DNA of 63,777 bases, counting the filler, from Sandaracinaceae bacterium (lineage in GTDB: Bacteria; Myxococcota_A; Polyangia; Polyangiales; JADJQN01): the NCBI GenBank assembly GCA_947483975.1. It is 18 parts of 18 records of this genome, joined end to end, with 100 filler letters (N's around TTAATTAATTAA, not from the genome) between each part and the next. Parts side by side here need not be neighbours in the genome. Positions count along the whole stretch, not along the records: positions 1 to 3,570 come from CANKOL010000474.1; positions 3,671 to 7,238 come from CANKOL010000475.1; positions 7,339 to 10,903 come from CANKOL010000476.1; 15 more parts are not named here. One strand, given 5' to 3'. Positions 1 through 8,077 of this stretch are shown piece after piece; position 1 is the stretch's first letter, and each line of letters begins with the position of its first letter. A program made the position numbers and the translations under genes. Below the pieces are notes generated by a model. It was given only the letters and a program-made list of their open reading frames with translations. It was not told the DNA's origin and ran no database searches.

Positions 1-1
1 C

Positions 2-85
2 GCCGAGCGCTGCGACCGCGTCGTGCGCGTCGTCGACGGGCTCATCGTGAGCGACGGGCCGCCGAACGGCGCCGCGCACGGCTGA
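2..85 (+). CDS. C-terminal end of an ABC transporter ATP-binding protein (LolD/MacB-like), partial
   Basis: Frame reads AERCDRVVRVVDGLIVSDGPPNGAAHG*, the typical ABC ATPase tail after the H-loop. Confidence 0.7.
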   Translation, partial: AERCDRVVRVVDGLIVSDGPPNGAAHG

Positions 86-113
86 GGGCGAGCTCGCGCC
101 CTTTTCCCCTGCG

Positions 114-413
114 TCAGGGCAGGCCGGGGCCACGGCCGCGCGGGCCGCCCCAAACGGCATGGACGACGAGCGCAGAGCGCTCTGCGTCGATCAGGAAATA
201 CACATGGTGGCGCGTGCGCGGCAAGAGCACGCGGCGGTATTCGCGGCCCCCGCTCGCGTAGGCGACGGACGCGCTCGGCATCGCCGCGGCGAAGGTGAGC
301 ACCTCGGCCAGCTCCCGTGCGAAGAGGTCGGGTGCGTCGCGCCGCTCTTCGCGCCACCAGGCGTCGATCTCGCTGACGTGCCGCTCGGCCTCGAGCGTGA
401 ACTCGACCTTCAT
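114..413 (-). CDS. Type II toxin, ParE/RelE family (99 aa)
   Basis: MKVEFTLEAERHVSEIDAWW...YRRVLLPRTRHHVYF...VVHAVWGG; the ATG overlaps the upstream stop (ATGA at 410-413). Confidence 0.8.
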   Translation of the reverse strand: MKVEFTLEAERHVSEIDAWWREERRDAPDLFARELAEVLTFAAAMPSASVAYASGGREYRRVLLPRTRHHVYFLIDAERSALVVHAVWGGPRGRGPGLP

Positions 414-655
414 TCGCGCGCGCGAAGGCGGGCGAACACAAGCTCCGCAGGGACGACGTGCCCCTCGGCGGCCTGCTGCGCGCTGCGCTCCAGCGCTGCG
501 TCGAGCGCGGCCTTGTCGTCGGGGTCGAGCGCCGCGTCCGAGCCGCACACCAGCTCCGCGAGCGGGACAAGATCGACCACGGCGCCTTCCGGTAGCTCGG
601 TCGGCTCATCGAGCACGAGGCGACCTCGAAGGGAGCGTGCACGAAGCCCAGTCAT
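410..655 (-). CDS. Putative antitoxin (81 aa) coupled to the ParE-like toxin
   Basis: MTGLRARSLRGRLVLDEPTELPEGAVVDL...LDAALERSAQQAAEGHVVPAE; small acidic protein immediately upstream of the toxin with ATGA coupling. Confidence 0.75.
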   Translation of the reverse strand: MTGLRARSLRGRLVLDEPTELPEGAVVDLVPLAELVCGSDAALDPDDKAALDAALERSAQQAAEGHVVPAELVFARLRARE

Positions 656-741
656 GGCGAGATGCTGACATGGGCGCCGAGCGTCGGCGAGCGAGTGGTG
701 CCGACCGGGGAGGGCGGCCCGGCTCGCTGACCCGACGTCGT

Positions 742-1023
742 CTACCTCGCCGGGCGCCTGGACGGTGGCCGACCTCGGCGCGGGGGAGGCAGCCGCGCGC
801 TTCGGAGCAGCAGTCCCGGCTTCAGGTGAAGCGCGTCGGCGAGCCGTACGAGGATCGTGATGCTGAGGTTGGCGCTGCCGGTCTCGACCTTCTGGAGGAA
901 GCGAAGGTCCACCGTCGCCGCCTCGGCGAGCGCCTCTTGCGTCATGCCTCGCCGTGCTCGCGCCGCCTTCACGTTCGCGGCGATGGAGCGAAGGACCGAG
1001 GCGACGTGATCGCCAGCCGACAT
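742..1023 (-). CDS. XRE-family helix-turn-helix regulator (93 aa) with a basic Pro/Arg tail
   Basis: NVKAARARRGMTQEALAEAATVDLRFLQKVETGSANLSITILVRLADAL is a classic HTH_3 pattern. Confidence 0.9.
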   Translation of the reverse strand: MSAGDHVASVLRSIAANVKAARARRGMTQEALAEAATVDLRFLQKVETGSANLSITILVRLADALHLKPGLLLRSARLPPPRRGRPPSRRPAR

Positions 1024-1182
1024 CGTCGCCCGCTGTTAGCCCGTCAGTCGCGAAACAATAACGCCCTAAAAGCACGATTTATCTGGACCGTGTTTTGGGG
1101 ACCGTGTAGTGATTGCGCTCATTCGCGCGTGCCCGATGAGGGGGGCGCGACCCAACCGGACCATTGAAACAAGGAGAACCGA

Positions 1183-1284
1183 ATGACGCTCTCGATCACG
1201 ACCCACAGCTACGTCATCACCTCGGCCTGCACCTGCCCGAAGGGCTCGACAAATGCGTGCGGAGTCAACTACCGCATGGGTTGA
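1183..1284 (+). CDS. Putative RiPP precursor peptide (33 aa) MTLSITTHSYVITSACTCPKGSTNACGVNYRMG
   Basis: AAGGAGA Shine-Dalgarno at 1171-1177, ATG at 1183, TGA at 1282-1284; three Cys (C16, C18, C26) in the C-terminal half; ends 97 nt upstream of a co-oriented radical SAM/SPASM gene. Confidence 0.75.
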   Translation: MTLSITTHSYVITSACTCPKGSTNACGVNYRMG

Positions 1285-1341
1285 GTCGCTGGATGCGTGG
1301 TTCCTACTCCTGAGCGCGTAGCCGGTTTGTGCGGAACCAAC

Positions 1342-1365
1342 CACCTCTCACCTCTCACCTCTCAC
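1342..1365. repeat. (CACCTCT)x3 tandem heptamer between the precursor and maturase genes
   Basis: cacctct-cacctct-cacctct-cac read directly. Confidence 0.85.
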
Positions 1366-1381
1366 ACGAAGGCCGGGCGGG

Positions 1382-2812
1382 ATGATTGATATGCCTCGTT
1401 TTGTCATTCCGCCCGGCGTCGCTAGCCGTGGCTACACCGTTTCTGATGGGAGTCGTCTCGCCGTCGCCTACAACACGCGGCGGCAGTCGGTGACCACGCT
1501 CGAGGGGGATTCCGCCGAGGTCTACCAGCGCCTCTTCGATAGCCGCGGCGACTCGAGCGCTGCGTTGGCGTATATCGTCGAGCACGGGAGTTTCGGCGAA
1601 GGCGAAGGGGCCGTTGAGGCGGCGGCCGCGACTCTGCAGGCGTTTGCTTCGACGCTGATTGACGCAGGCTATTTGGCTCTCCACGGCGACACGGCAGCTG
1701 TGGCGCGTCAGTCGATCCGCCGCGCCGCCACGGTCGCGACCGCCGCCGATCCTCTCGAGAACGCCGAGATGCACGTCGGGCGGGTCATGGCCGATGCGCA
1801 TATCCTCTACCAGTTGGTGCTCGAGCTGACCCATCGCTGCAACGAGCGGTGCGTCCATTGCTACTGCCCTCAGGGCGTAGGCAGCGACGAGTTGACCGTC
1901 GAGCAGCTCGCGCAGCTACTCGCGGAGTTTCGTGAGCTCGGCGGGTTTCGGCTGCAGCTCACCGGCGGTGAGCTCTTCTGTCGCAAGGACCTTCATGCGA
2001 TCTTCGCGCTCGTGAAGGAGCAAGGGTTCGTCGTCGATGTGACGAGCAACCTGACGCTCCTGACACCGCAGAACCTCGACGCGCTCGTCGCGCTCGAGCC
2101 GCGATCGGTCGGTTGCTCCATCTACTCGGCGGATCCGGCTCTGCACGACGGCGTGACTCAGCTGCCAGGTTCGTGGCGTCGGTCCACGGACGCGATTCGC
2201 GAGCTGAGGTCTCGCGGCATCCCAGTGGTGCTGAAGACGCCGCTGATGAACGACACGCTCGCGGGCTGGCGCGAGGTCGAGGCGCTCGCGCTCGAGCTGG
2301 ACTGCGACTACCAGTTCGACCTCGCGCTCACGGCGCGCAACGACGGTGATGGCGAGCCGATGCGCTTTCGCGCGACCGACCGCCCGGGCATCGAGGACCT
2401 GTTCTCCTCGAGGTACTACCGGATTCGCTTCAAGGACGAGGCAGCACCGCCTCCGACGCAGCCAGACCCTGACGCGATGCTCTGCGGCGCGGGCAGCGCC
2501 GGCCTCATCGTGGGTCCGGACGGAACGATCAGACCGTGCCTCGGGCTGATGGAGCCGCTTGGGCGGTTCCCCTCGGACAGCCTGACGAAGGTCTGGCAGA
2601 AGTCGGAGTTCTTCGAACGCTGGAGCCAGCTGAGGTGGCGCGACAGTGTGCGCTGCGCATCGTGTGCCGACTCTGCGTTCTGCTTCCGGTGCCCGGGCGC
2701 GTGGGAGCTCGAGACGGGCAGCCGGACGAAGCCGCCGGATTACACCTGTATGCTGGCCTCGGCCTGGCGAGCCGCCTGGGAAGCCCAGAATCCGGGGCGC
2801 ACAGCCCCATAA
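1382..2812 (+). CDS. Radical SAM/SPASM peptide maturase with an N-terminal RRE(PqqD)-like extension (476 aa)
   Basis: CNERCVHC (CxxxCxxC), LTGGE; SPASM Cys set CGAG...DGTIRPC...CASCADSAFCFRC...YTC; about 100-aa N-terminal extension with a beta-strand-then-helix pattern ending LIDAGYL. Confidence 0.9.
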   Translation: MIDMPRFVIPPGVASRGYTVSDGSRLAVAYNTRRQSVTTLEGDSAEVYQRLFDSRGDSSAALAYIVEHGSFGEGEGAVEAAAATLQAFASTLIDAGYLALHGDTAAVARQSIRRAATVATAADPLENAEMHVGRVMADAHILYQLVLELTHRCNERCVHCYCPQGVGSDELTVEQLAQLLAEFRELGGFRLQLTGGELFCRKDLHAIFALVKEQGFVVDVTSNLTLLTPQNLDALVALEPRSVGCSIYSADPALHDGVTQLPGSWRRSTDAIRELRSRGIPVVLKTPLMNDTLAGWREVEALALELDCDYQFDLALTARNDGDGEPMRFRATDRPGIEDLFSSRYYRIRFKDEAAPPPTQPDPDAMLCGAGSAGLIVGPDGTIRPCLGLMEPLGRFPSDSLTKVWQKSEFFERWSQLRWRDSVRCASCADSAFCFRCPGAWELETGSRTKPPDYTCMLASAWRAAWEAQNPGRTAP

Positions 2813-2872
2813 TCCGCGCATACTGGCGAAGGCGCCGCGATGTTCGCGGTGCTGAGGAAGGCCTGAGGCGCG

Positions 2873-3235
2873 ATGGCAGACAGCGACGAGCGGGACACGC
2901 TTCCTCCGCCTCCACCTGAGGGGCGCCCGACCGGGCCGCTCGCGGACGCACACGCGCGCGACGCGGCGGCGCAGCGCGCGCACCTGCACAAGGTCGCCGA
3001 CCGGGTCCACCGCTTTCGCGTCGCGGTGTTCTTCGAGGAGCCGACGTACGCGCTCTGGCGCGAGCAGCCTGTGCACGAGCAGCGCACGACGATCACGGTG
3101 CTCGCCGCCGACGCGGACGACGCGGTCGCGCTGGCTACGGCGCGGTTCCGCGAGGACGCGATGCAGAGCAACGTCGGCTGGGTGCGGATGATCACGCGCT
3201 GCGAAGCCCACCCCGTCGGCCCTTCGGAGGAGTAG
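2873..3235 (+). CDS. Hypothetical protein (120 aa)
   Basis: Clean ORF with GC3-rich codons and a GAGG upstream; no recognised motif. Confidence 0.65.
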   Translation: MADSDERDTLPPPPPEGRPTGPLADAHARDAAAQRAHLHKVADRVHRFRVAVFFEEPTYALWREQPVHEQRTTITVLAADADDAVALATARFREDAMQSNVGWVRMITRCEAHPVGPSEE

Positions 3236-3245
3236 GGCGGTCGCG

Positions 3246-3570
3246 GTGGCTGGCCCTGGCGCGGGGAGGCTGCCGCGCGGCGGCGTGGGCTACTGCGACC
3301 GGCTCTCCGACCTCGAGCAGCTCATCTCCGTGTTCCGTACCTACTGGGCCGTCGTCGAGCCCAAGACGCCCGTGACGATGGCGGACCTCCGCGACGCCGA
3401 CCGGCTCGTGCAGCGCTTTGCGTGGGCGCTCGGGCAGCGGCAGTGCGGCGTGGCGCCGGACGCGGCGTCCGCGGACCTGCGGCAGCGCGCGTTCACGAAG
3501 CTCGTGGACGTCTACGGCCGCGTGCGGCGCGCGGTCGCCTTCGTGCGCTACGACGAGGGCGACGCGGACG
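3246..3570 (+). CDS. Hypothetical helical protein, partial (possibly an N-terminally truncated remnant)
   Basis: ...DLRQRAFTKLVDVYGRVRRAVAFVRYDEGDAD runs off the contig; weak start. Confidence 0.55.
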
Positions 3571-3670
3571 NNNNNNNNNNNNNNNNNNNNNNNNNNNNNN
3601 NNNNNNNNNNNNNNTTAATTAATTAANNNNNNNNNNNNNNNNNNNNNNNNNNNNNNNNNNNNNNNNNNNN
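3571..3670. other. Artificial contig linker (N44-TTAATTAATTAA-N44). Repeated at 7239, 10904, 14526, 18144, 21758, 25365, 28958, 32550, 36097, 39604, 43098, 46562, 50025, 53486, 56926 and 60366
   Basis: Identical 100-nt N-flanked TTAATTAATTAA blocks giving stops in all six frames; contigs are ordered by size. Confidence 0.99.
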
Positions 3671-4528
3671 CCCTCGCTCTTCGACTGCACGAGCGACGAG
3701 GTGCGCCACGGCGCGCTGCTCCCGCGGACGAGCCTGGTGCCGCTCGCCTGCGCGCTCGACCCCGCGTGCCGCACGCCGCAGGTCGCGGGGCACCGCGGCG
3801 CCGGCGGGCAGCTCGGCACGAACGCGCCGGAAGACACGCTCGCCGCCTATCGCGCGGGCATCGCGCTCGGCATCGAGTACCTCGAGACCGACCCGCGGCC
3901 GACGTCCGACGGCGTGCTCGTCAACATGCACGACCCGACCGTGAACCGGACGACCGACGGCATCGGTGACGTGTCCGCGATGACGTTCGAGCAGGTCCGC
4001 GCGCTGCACATCGTGACGTCGATCCCAGGCGACTACGGCTGCGAGCAGGTCCCGACGCTGCAGGAGATCCTGACCGTCGCGAAGGGGCGCGCGGTCGTGC
4101 TCGTCGACGCGAACAAGACCGACCGAGTGGACCTGCTCGTTCAAGCGATCCTCGACGCCGACGCCATCGACACCGCGGTGTTCGACACGAGCGACGTCGC
4201 CAAGATCGACGCGGCGCTCGCGATCGAGCCGACGCTGCACATCATGATCCGCCCCGCGACGGCAGACATCGAGGCACAGCTCGATCACTTCGCGCCGCTC
4301 ATGCCGACGCTCGTCGAGCTCGATCCAGCGGACGTCGCCGCCGGCGTCCCCATCGTGCACGCCCGCGGCGGGCGCGCGTTCTCGGACGTATTCGGCGCCG
4401 ACGTCGTCTACGGAATTCGCGGCGACACGAGCGGCTACGAGGACGCGCTCGACCTCGGGCTCGACGTGCTGCAGTGCGACCATCCCGAGGCCGTCGTCCG
4501 GCTGCTGCAGGCGCGCGGGGCGCGATAG
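3671..4528 (+). CDS. Glycerophosphodiester phosphodiesterase (GDPD family), 5' partial
   Basis: AGHRG...PEDTLAAY...YLETD...SDGVLVNMHD motifs. Confidence 0.9.
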   Translation, partial: PSLFDCTSDEVRHGALLPRTSLVPLACALDPACRTPQVAGHRGAGGQLGTNAPEDTLAAYRAGIALGIEYLETDPRPTSDGVLVNMHDPTVNRTTDGIGDVSAMTFEQVRALHIVTSIPGDYGCEQVPTLQEILTVAKGRAVVLVDANKTDRVDLLVQAILDADAIDTAVFDTSDVAKIDAALAIEPTLHIMIRPATADIEAQLDHFAPLMPTLVELDPADVAAGVPIVHARGGRAFSDVFGADVVYGIRGDTSGYEDALDLGLDVLQCDHPEAVVRLLQARGAR

Positions 4529-4547
4529 GCGGCCGCTCGCGCCGGCG

Positions 4548-5147
4548 TCAATCGTCGTCTACCGGTGTACTCCGCGTCGCAGACCGCGGAAGGAACAGCC
4601 GCCCGACGGGGATCTCGATCTCTTCGAAGGGCGGAATTCGGGCGAGGTCTGCCTCGCCGAACGCGCCCGTGTCCACCCAGCGTCCATCACGCAGAGCGAG
4701 CGTCTCGAGGGTGCGCGCCTGCGGGTCGGCGAGCCAATAGTGCGCGACCCCGGACCGCGCATAGAGCAACCGCTTGTCGACGCGGTCGCGCGAGGCGTTG
4801 GACGGCGAAAGCACCTCGCAGACCCAGTCGGGCACGACGTCGATGGGGAGGACGTCAGGCACGGGCAAGCGTGCGCGACGCCACCCCGCGAGATCGGGCC
4901 GCACGATCTCGTGCAGCGCGAGGCGCACGTCCACCTCGGCGAAGATCCACCAACCGCCCGGACCGCCAGCGCCGTCGTCATCGTCGAACGGTCCGCCCAC
5001 GAAGCGCCCGAGCGCGCGCTGCGCCTTCGAGTGCCGCGGGCGCGGCGCAGGCGCGGTCACGATCACACCGCCGCAGACCTCTGCACGCGCGCCCTCGGGC
5101 AGCGCGAGCAGGTCCTCGTAAGTCGCGAGCGCGAGCGCCGGTTGCAT
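4548..5147 (-). CDS. Uma2-family PD-(D/E)xK endonuclease (199 aa)
   Basis: ATYEDLLALPEG..AEV..G...VRPDLAGWRRARL...PDWVCEVLSPS...DKRLLYARSGVAHYWLADP. Confidence 0.9.
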   Translation of the reverse strand: MQPALALATYEDLLALPEGARAEVCGGVIVTAPAPRPRHSKAQRALGRFVGGPFDDDDGAGGPGGWWIFAEVDVRLALHEIVRPDLAGWRRARLPVPDVLPIDVVPDWVCEVLSPSNASRDRVDKRLLYARSGVAHYWLADPQARTLETLALRDGRWVDTGAFGEADLARIPPFEEIEIPVGRLFLPRSATRSTPVDDD

Positions 5148-5238
5148 CAGCCGAGCATGAAGGGTGTGGACGCGAAGGCGCAAGCGATGAGGGCGAGCAC
5201 GCAAGCCCGCCCGACGAACGCGCCTCCGCCGCGAGCAA

Positions 5239-6024
5239 CTACGGCAAACAGACGGACGTCCCGTCGTCCCGAAGGGTGCAGGTCCACCCAGCCACACCGA
5301 GCGAAGCGCAGTCCGCGTCCGACGAGCAGAACGGCATGCACCGCTGTCCTGACGAGTAAGTCGTACACGACGTCTCTCGGGCGGAGTCCGACAGCGTGCA
5401 GCAAACCGAGGTCGGCACGCAATCGGCGTAGGCCCCGGTGTCACACGCTACAGCGCAGTAACTCGCGGGCGCACAAACCTGAATGCCGTTCGTGCGTGCG
5501 ACACAACAACCGCTCGCACAGTCGCTGCCCGACGCACAGCCCGCGCGGCAGATAGTACGCGTCCCGCCATCGGTGGTGCAGTAGGCCGAATACCCCGGCC
5601 CCGGACAGCAGTCACTGTCGCTCATGCAGTCGCCACCGACTGCGACCGTGCAGGCGCACGCCCCGCAGTCCGTGGAGCACGTCGAGCACGACTCCCCGGA
5701 GTCGCAGAAGGAATCACCACAATAGGAGCAAGGGCCACAGTCGCCATCACAAGAGGCACATGTCTCGCTTCCATCGCAGACGTAGTCACCACAATAGCCG
5801 GCACCGGCGTCGGGCAGGACTCCTGTACAGACGCACGGCCCAAGAAAGGCGCCTATCGCGGGGTCCGAACCGCAAGCCTGCGCGCCCGAGCGACCGTCGG
5901 TACACGTACACGCGGAGGACGTTCCGGGCGTACAGATTCCTCCTCTGTCGGCAGTTCCGCAACCAACGACGATGGTCAGTCCGCAGGTGATTCCCAGCGC
6001 CAAAACGATGGTATTCAAGGTCAT
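5239..6024 (-). CDS. Cys-rich lipoprotein with myxobacterial-type disulfide repeats
   Basis: Lipobox IVVG-C; repeats CGDYVCDGSETCASCDGDC / CGDSFCDSGESCSTCSTDC; GAAGGGAGA RBS upstream of ATG 6024. Confidence 0.8.
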   Translation of the reverse strand: MTLNTIVLALGITCGLTIVVGCGTADRGGICTPGTSSACTCTDGRSGAQACGSDPAIGAFLGPCVCTGVLPDAGAGYCGDYVCDGSETCASCDGDCGPCSYCGDSFCDSGESCSTCSTDCGACACTVAVGGDCMSDSDCCPGPGYSAYCTTDGGTRTICRAGCASGSDCASGCCVARTNGIQVCAPASYCAVACDTGAYADCVPTSVCCTLSDSARETSCTTYSSGQRCMPFCSSDADCASLGVAGWTCTLRDDGTSVCLP

Positions 6025-6079
6025 CGCCAATCTCCCTTCAAGTGCCTTCGAGCTTCCGCAGACCGCGCCCAGGCACCGA

Positions 6080-6466
6080 CTACATGGGGCCGCCTTGGAC
6101 GATCACTGGAACTTGCATCGGAGGCCCTGAGGACTGCGCGCGCGCGAGAGTGCCCTCCACCTCGAAGCAGTGCTGCCCCAGCAGCAGCGCGCTCCAACCC
6201 GACGAACTTAGAGTGACGTCCGTCAAGAACTCGGCCTGGGTATCCGAGGTCATCGCGTCATCGGTCGCTGCCTCGATGTTCGGAGTACCCGTGGGAATAC
6301 CAAAGATGTCCCAAACGCAATCGGACCCGACGACCCGCTGCCCCTTGTAGACGGGCATCGACATATTCCTGTTAGACATGACCGACAGGTCGCCGAGGCG
6401 GGTCACGCAACCCGTGAGCGATGCTGCGGTCGCCAAGACCGCCAAAACGAACGTGACTCTCTGCAT
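6080..6466 (-). CDS. Small lipoprotein, TRL-like (128 aa)
   Basis: Lipobox LTG-C; G.DC...IFGIP...NIEAA...C..VEG pattern with paired Cys; GGAGAGG RBS. Confidence 0.7.
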   Translation of the reverse strand: MQRVTFVLAVLATAASLTGCVTRLGDLSVMSNRNMSMPVYKGQRVVGSDCVWDIFGIPTGTPNIEAATDDAMTSDTQAEFLTDVTLSSSGWSALLLGQHCFEVEGTLARAQSSGPPMQVPVIVQGGPM

Positions 6467-6644
6467 GGCCTCTCCGTTCCTACTGCGCGCGACCCCCCGC
6501 GCGCGCTTTTGATGCGCGCGAACGACGAGTCCAATTCGAGGCCGCCATTAAGCGACCTGCTCAGCGCACGACCGCCGTGCGCGCTGGATAAGTACCACTG
6601 ACAGTGTATGTTTTGCAAGCGCTCGTTCTCGCAAGGCTCGCCGG

Positions 6645-6956
6645 ATGTCGCGACGCGCATCCGGAGCGGACAACCCAGCCCACGACGCGATGCTCCAGCG
6701 GGCGTCGGGATGGCTCACGGTGAACGTACGCGCGCGTCGTACGCAGGCGGGGCTGACCCAAGAGGAGTTCGCCGAACGCGCTGGGGTCGCGCCGACCTAT
6801 GTGGCCCGCGTAGAGGCGGCAACAGAGACGGTGAACGTCACGCTCCGAGTGCTCACGGCGTTCGCGGTGGCGTTGGAGTGCAAGCCGCATGACCTGCTCG
6901 TGCCGCGTGTACCCCCACGACCACGGCCGCCAGGGCGCCCTAGGAAGGCTGCCTAA
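6645..6956 (+). CDS. XRE-family HTH regulator (103 aa) with a basic Pro/Arg tail
   Basis: NVRARRTQAGLTQEEFAERAGVAPTYVARVEA...NVTLRVLTAFAVAL. Confidence 0.88.
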   Translation: MSRRASGADNPAHDAMLQRASGWLTVNVRARRTQAGLTQEEFAERAGVAPTYVARVEAATETVNVTLRVLTAFAVALECKPHDLLVPRVPPRPRPPGRPRKAA

Positions 6957-7340
6957 ACGAGCTCGCCCTCGAGGCGGCGGTCACTCGCCTCGGTGCCGCG
7001 AAGCGCCGTGCGAAACGGTGCGCGGAGTGCGCGGAGCGGCGGCGGACCGATACCGACACCGCCCGCCCCGCCCTTTCCTGATGGCCCCCCGCCGCGGTTC
7101 TGGTAGCTTCGGCCCCCATATGCGCGTGTTCACGGACGGCGAGACGCATCTCGTCCTCGGTTCCGGTGGTCTTGCGGTCTTCCGTTCCGGCTCCGAGCCG
7201 AAGCTCCTCCCCATCGGAGCTGCCGCAAAACGTGGGGCNNNNNNNNNNNNNNNNNNNNNNNNNNNNNNNNNNNNNNNNNNNNTTAATTAATTAANNNNNN
7301 NNNNNNNNNNNNNNNNNNNNNNNNNNNNNNNNNNNNNNAG

Positions 7341-7571
7341 GCGCAGGACCTCGCGGCGCTCGTCGGGTCGTTCCAGCTCGGCTCAGGGCACGGCGCCGTC
7401 CGCAGCACCGCGTCGAGGAAGGCGGCCTCCCCGCCGCGCCTCGCGACGCCCCCCAACCGCAGGCTCCCCGCCAAGGCCGCGCCCCAGGGCGCGAGCAACA
7501 ACGGGCACGGCCACCTGCGCCCGGAGGACCTCATCCCGATGGACCAGGACCCCGACTTCCGCGAGTTCTGA
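7341..7571 (+). CDS. C-terminus of a methyl-accepting chemotaxis protein with a CheR/CheB-tethering pentapeptide (DFREF), 5' partial
   Basis: AQDLAALVGSFQL, a flexible linker, then LIPMDQDPDFREF*; lies upstream of cheW/MCP. Confidence 0.8.
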   Translation, partial: AQDLAALVGSFQLGSGHGAVRSTASRKAASPPRLATPPNRRLPAKAAPQGASNNGHGHLRPEDLIPMDQDPDFREF

Positions 7572-8077
7572 GCCAGCCACCCAGCCCCACGCACGAAGTC
7601 GATTGGACGCGTGCGTGAGCGTCAAAGCGCCGCCGATCGCGGCTCTCGCCACCCACAGCCCGACCGCCTCCCGAGCCTCGACCCCGCGACACGCGCGGGG
7701 AGCGGCGAACGAGGCGCCGGGCTGTTTCCTTGCGCCCACGCACCATCCCGGGCCGCGTCCTCAGCGTCCTCGCCGGGCCGCGCCAGCGGCTTCCTGAGTT
7801 CATCCAGTTTTGATCCGGCCTGGTCGGGCGGCCCCTCAATTCTCGCAAGTTTCGTCCGTACAGTGCAGGTCACGGCTTTACGCCGCCACGGCGCACCTAC
7901 CCCCGCCCCCCTACGCCGGCAAACGCCGGTGGCAGGGGGCGTCGGGAATGCGCGTGGCGCGAAGCTACGGGCTCGCGACAAGGCAGCGACGAGCCTGGGA
8001 ACGGTGGCGGTCGTCGGGCGGTGAGCCCGCGACTATACGCAGGGCTCCGCGCTACGGGGCCGAGGGAAGGTAACGAG

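Noticed and set aside
2..85. ABC ATPase as the RiPP exporter
   Set aside because: Only a generic tail is visible and it is separated from the RiPP genes by the TA and XRE genes; the link cannot be supported.
1382..2812. PqqE, MftC or heme-biosynthesis (NirJ/Ahb) assignment for the radical SAM enzyme
   Set aside because: No pqq, mft or ahb/nir genes on the contig, and the neighbouring peptide lacks the PqqA ExxxY and MftA IDGxCGVY signatures (CGVNY is only superficially similar).
7836..7862. Possible sigma-28 promoter TCAA-N15-TCCGTACA
   Set aside because: The match to TAAA-N15-GCCGATAA is too weak to call.
7904..8010. Possible c-di-GMP-I (GEMM) riboswitch upstream of cheW (GGCAAAC...GGCGCGAAGCTACGGG)
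   Set aside because: No GNRA tetraloop/receptor pair and no 3' strand to close P1; GGCAAAC sits at the top of a simple GC hairpin (7904-7941). An Infernal search with RF01051 would settle it.
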